Source: a virus | Strand: one strand, 5' to 3' | IMG/VR virus record: IMGVR_UViG_3300027619_000002 | Span: 1 to 36,282 of that record | DNA length: 36,282 nt | Shown here: in pieces, positions 35,001 through 36,282 of the stretch | Numbering within the stretch: position 1 is the first letter of the stretch | Layout: each line of letters begins with the position of its first letter | Made by a program: the position numbers and the translations under genes | Notes under the pieces: model-generated | Seen by the model: only the letters and a program-made list of their open reading frames with translations | Database searches by the model: none | Told to the model about the DNA's origin: nothing

Positions 35001-35231
35001 ACCATCTGATACCAAGACCTCATTCTGGTGAGGAACGATCTTTCTTCCATTAGATATTGTGGTGAGGGCTGTGATACCCTGACGTTGTTGACATGATTGA
35101 CGATCCGCGAATACAACGTTAGAACAGATCTGCATTTTATCAAATGGCAGATTTGTCGCAGATGTAGTCTCATCCAGACCTCCACCCAGGGAAATCTCAA
35201 TTAAACTTGCGTCTCCGGGTTGAACAGGCAT
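32031..35231 (-). CDS. Tail nozzle / tail tubular protein B-like (1066 aa)
   Basis: Largest non-fibre structural ORF. It sits directly after the adaptor-position genes and before the internal-core-like genes, matching the T7 gp12 position. Beta-rich. Synteny only. Confidence 0.45.
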   Translation of the reverse strand: MPVQPGDASLIEISLGGGLDETTSATNLPFDKMQICSNVVFADRQSCQQRQGITALTTISNGRKIVPHQNEVLVSDGLNLQSWNANQDGVTNRGQVSPCMVSRRLFASGNNKDQQVPNYNYPITPLGSVATDVTTQTCVQIWQDGTSVQASILDLSTGAYIQTGQVIAQTLFSGGPVATPQYQPRVAIYAGYAYVIYYDQNFAVLRYRSIQLAGVMNGWGAATSLAGTDPAISFDICTAVCQDSTQILALAYLHNNSGTYQAKVTFYNHTAGALIAVSTTVVTTVPATPTLITIATNTQNNVAVLIATSTSSTVHKLYYACNVAVNESTLNSVGSGNVANLLTGATTYRTVGLVDMQSGTGNSALWCVVASCDYTTTVSATTVTQKINTMVQYGTVSVDGTTTPLALSVTTPIGYQQLSKPFTFTTNGTVNVYCVLLWQEGQRYDNTRPASGAYQTVIICQIPISSGNSAGIPLPIAVVAPRFAGDAVPAFYDTSLYNNQIYAIGTETDVGGNTSLTQLVLDFQDPGLWQSVELGDWTWIAGGLPMIYDGNLLCEAGFTNQPLSPVVGLPAAGSVVIPQITDLTYCCVYTQQDVHGNLHQSPPSLVTIVDASAGYPSATLEIFPCVTTYRQPFTVGYQAGQQVQIEIYRNSSDAPAVLQLIATIENVQGQAASTFTDTVPDNSNATAKILYITGGGVPSDGPPNLYALVQHSDRVFGVSEDGQTSYFTTSFVRGECPRFTDAFTLTWPEGPLTAQWSIDGRFHAATDRDIWYTIGDGPADNGSGNDIQLPQLWQATQGVVDPRGLAVFPGGTLFWSPRGLYMEDRSGNFTWLGERIQREMGPGTSYPILTSITPLVDDGVIRFTAWNGLGFSGTAGNIIHWDYRRDKFSTHKTKQNGASADYCISSACINGVWYGLFPVGANPDSTTLSMEDSTTCLDNSTFVTSHLRTGNFHPEGMQANMRIHRLTVLGQQVTPAEINVTQYRDYTNVSDYVQTFTDADLNGLTQLQVQYTASPQKCEAISVDLSTSAPTTESVGIGQSIVWQNLQVRLRGKRGEFKQIPNNLRR

Positions 35232-35719
35232 TATGGAACCACCACGATAAACATGCCAGCTGTGAACTCGCTATTTGGGGTCACATATGCATATGTATTA
35301 TCAAAAGTGACAGTCCCAACTATATTTCCAAATCCTGAGGAAGGGATCGACCAGAAAGCAATAAGTGACGCCGTCTTTAGATAATGAGGGATTTGATAAT
35401 TTGTTCCGACCTTGAACGTAATCGGAAGTATTACGGTGCCACCTGCTCCAAACGGAAGGCTTCGAGACCCCACTGTGGCTTGTTCTACATCATTCATGAA
35501 TAGATTGGCCCATTGAATTATAGTGGCCAGACTCGCACTCTGTGGATCTAATCTTCGACGAAGAAATGGGACAGCAGTTTTCGTTAATAGTGTAGCAGAT
35601 GAGGTTCCGGCATTTTGGACATAAGTCCAACTTCGCTGCAAAATCGTGGGTTGCGCTTGAATGTTAGGATTAGGCATTAAACCCGCCACGTCTTCGACCA
35701 CGACCGAACCATTGGTCAC
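35231..35719 (-). CDS. Hypothetical tail/adaptor-module protein (162 aa from GTG 35719, or 148 aa from ATG 35677)
   Basis: Its stop overlaps the nozzle-like gene start (TAATG). ATG 35677 overlaps the end of the upstream gene by 8 nt. The start is unresolved. Confidence 0.5.
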   Translation of the reverse strand: MTNGSVVVEDVAGLMPNPNIQAQPTILQRSWTYVQNAGTSSATLLTKTAVPFLRRRLDPQSASLATIIQWANLFMNDVEQATVGSRSLPFGAGGTVILPITFKVGTNYQIPHYLKTASLIAFWSIPSSGFGNIVGTVTFDNTYAYVTPNSEFTAGMFIVVVP

Positions 35720-36282
35720 GAGTCATACTGACTTTGGCTGGTCTTGATGCATCACGGCTTCTGAGTTGGCCAAGCATGTCTGATTTCAGACGCAGCATTT
35801 CTGCCCCTGCACGATCAGATTTCTCAAACTCCTCAATTTTGAGGCAACAACTGCGGATTGCGAACTGAATTGCATAATCTTCATATCCAGCAAAACCATC
35901 TAATTGATCTGTGTCATTAACTAATGGTGTTGGTCCAAAGATATAATCGACCTGAATTGTGATTGCCCCTGTTGGAGGCGGAAGTAAACGAATCTTCCCT
36001 GTATCAGAACCATCAGCTGTGGTCTTTCCAATTAATCTGTATTTGAAAGGCTCACCGGAGAAACCTGGCGTCGCGCTTAAGAGATATGACTCTTCGGCCA
36101 GTGTGAACTTCTCCATATCACGATAGTCAGCCCCATTTATTTGTGAGGCGATCCGTTTTAGTTGATAAAAGTCACTCGGAATCGGATAATCAATCTGTGC
36201 CCGAAACGGGGGTGTCAAACCACTGAAAGGTTGAACAGGTGCGACATTTACAGTCTGAAACCAAGTGGATTTTGAATAGGCT
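35670..36282 (-). CDS. C-terminal part of the junction-spanning virion gene (continues from 263..1)
   Basis: The reading frame stays open from 36218 up to the window edge (…AYSKSTWFQTVNVAPVQPFSG-LTPPFRAQIDYP…). It joins the frame starting at ATG 263 once the 99-bp overlap is collapsed. Confidence 0.7.
   Translation of the reverse strand, partial: AYSKSTWFQTVNVAPVQPFSGLTPPFRAQIDYPIPSDFYQLKRIASQINGADYRDMEKFTLAEESYLLSATPGFSGEPFKYRLIGKTTADGSDTGKIRLLPPPTGAITIQVDYIFGPTPLVNDTDQLDGFAGYEDYAIQFAIRSCCLKIEEFEKSDRAGAEMLRLKSDMLGQLRSRDASRPAKVSMTRDQWFGRGRRRGGFNA
36184..36282. repeat. Terminal direct repeat, copy 2 of 2
   Basis: Identical to 1..99. Confidence 0.95.

Overview
The window is one complete, circularly assembled dsDNA phage genome. 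Bases 1..99 are identical to 36184..36282, so the unit length is 36,183 bp, and one gene reads straight through the junction. About 55 tightly packed genes are supported, many joined by ATGA or TAATG stop/start overlaps.

Layout:
- A very long leftward (minus-strand) unit starts at a divergent control region near 16.6-16.85 kb. It runs through small early ORFs, a GNAT acetyltransferase, a two-domain glycosyltransferase, TerL, portal, scaffold and major capsid protein. It then crosses the junction into adaptor, nozzle and three internal-core-like proteins, and ends with two collagen-like fibres at 20593.
- A short rightward block (16843..20591) holds a ribbon-helix-helix protein, a RepA/AAA_25-type helicase and seven small ORFs.
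- A 1.7-kb rightward island (3491..5024) carries an endonuclease-VII-type HNH nuclease and a GIY-YIG nuclease. It sits antisense between the scaffold and capsid genes.

The structural gene order is podovirus (T7/P22)-like. I recognised no tape measure, sheath, DNA polymerase, integrase, endolysin, holin, tRNA or CRISPR array.

Most noteworthy observations:
1. Thirteen small ORFs on both strands end in the same C-terminal tail, (C-x3-C)-h-h-x-aromatic-V-L-polar-polar-stop. I cannot assign it to a named family.
2. One member (14995..15192) carries a roughly 35-residue copy of the major capsid protein N-terminal arm.
3. The 1472-aa fibre is built from five collagen (Gly-X-Y) tracts alternating with five C1q/TNF-like globular domains. 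A short collagen protein shares its N-terminal motif, and a dual-DxD glycosyltransferase is a candidate modifier.
4. A dyad-symmetric array of GGGGAC hexamers with G-quadruplex motifs on both strands lies beside an AT-rich tract, next to the RHH and helicase genes. It is a candidate operator or origin.
5. The HNH gene is exactly flanked by a 21-bp direct repeat that includes a start codon.

All functional calls rest on motifs read by eye and on gene order. No database search was run.
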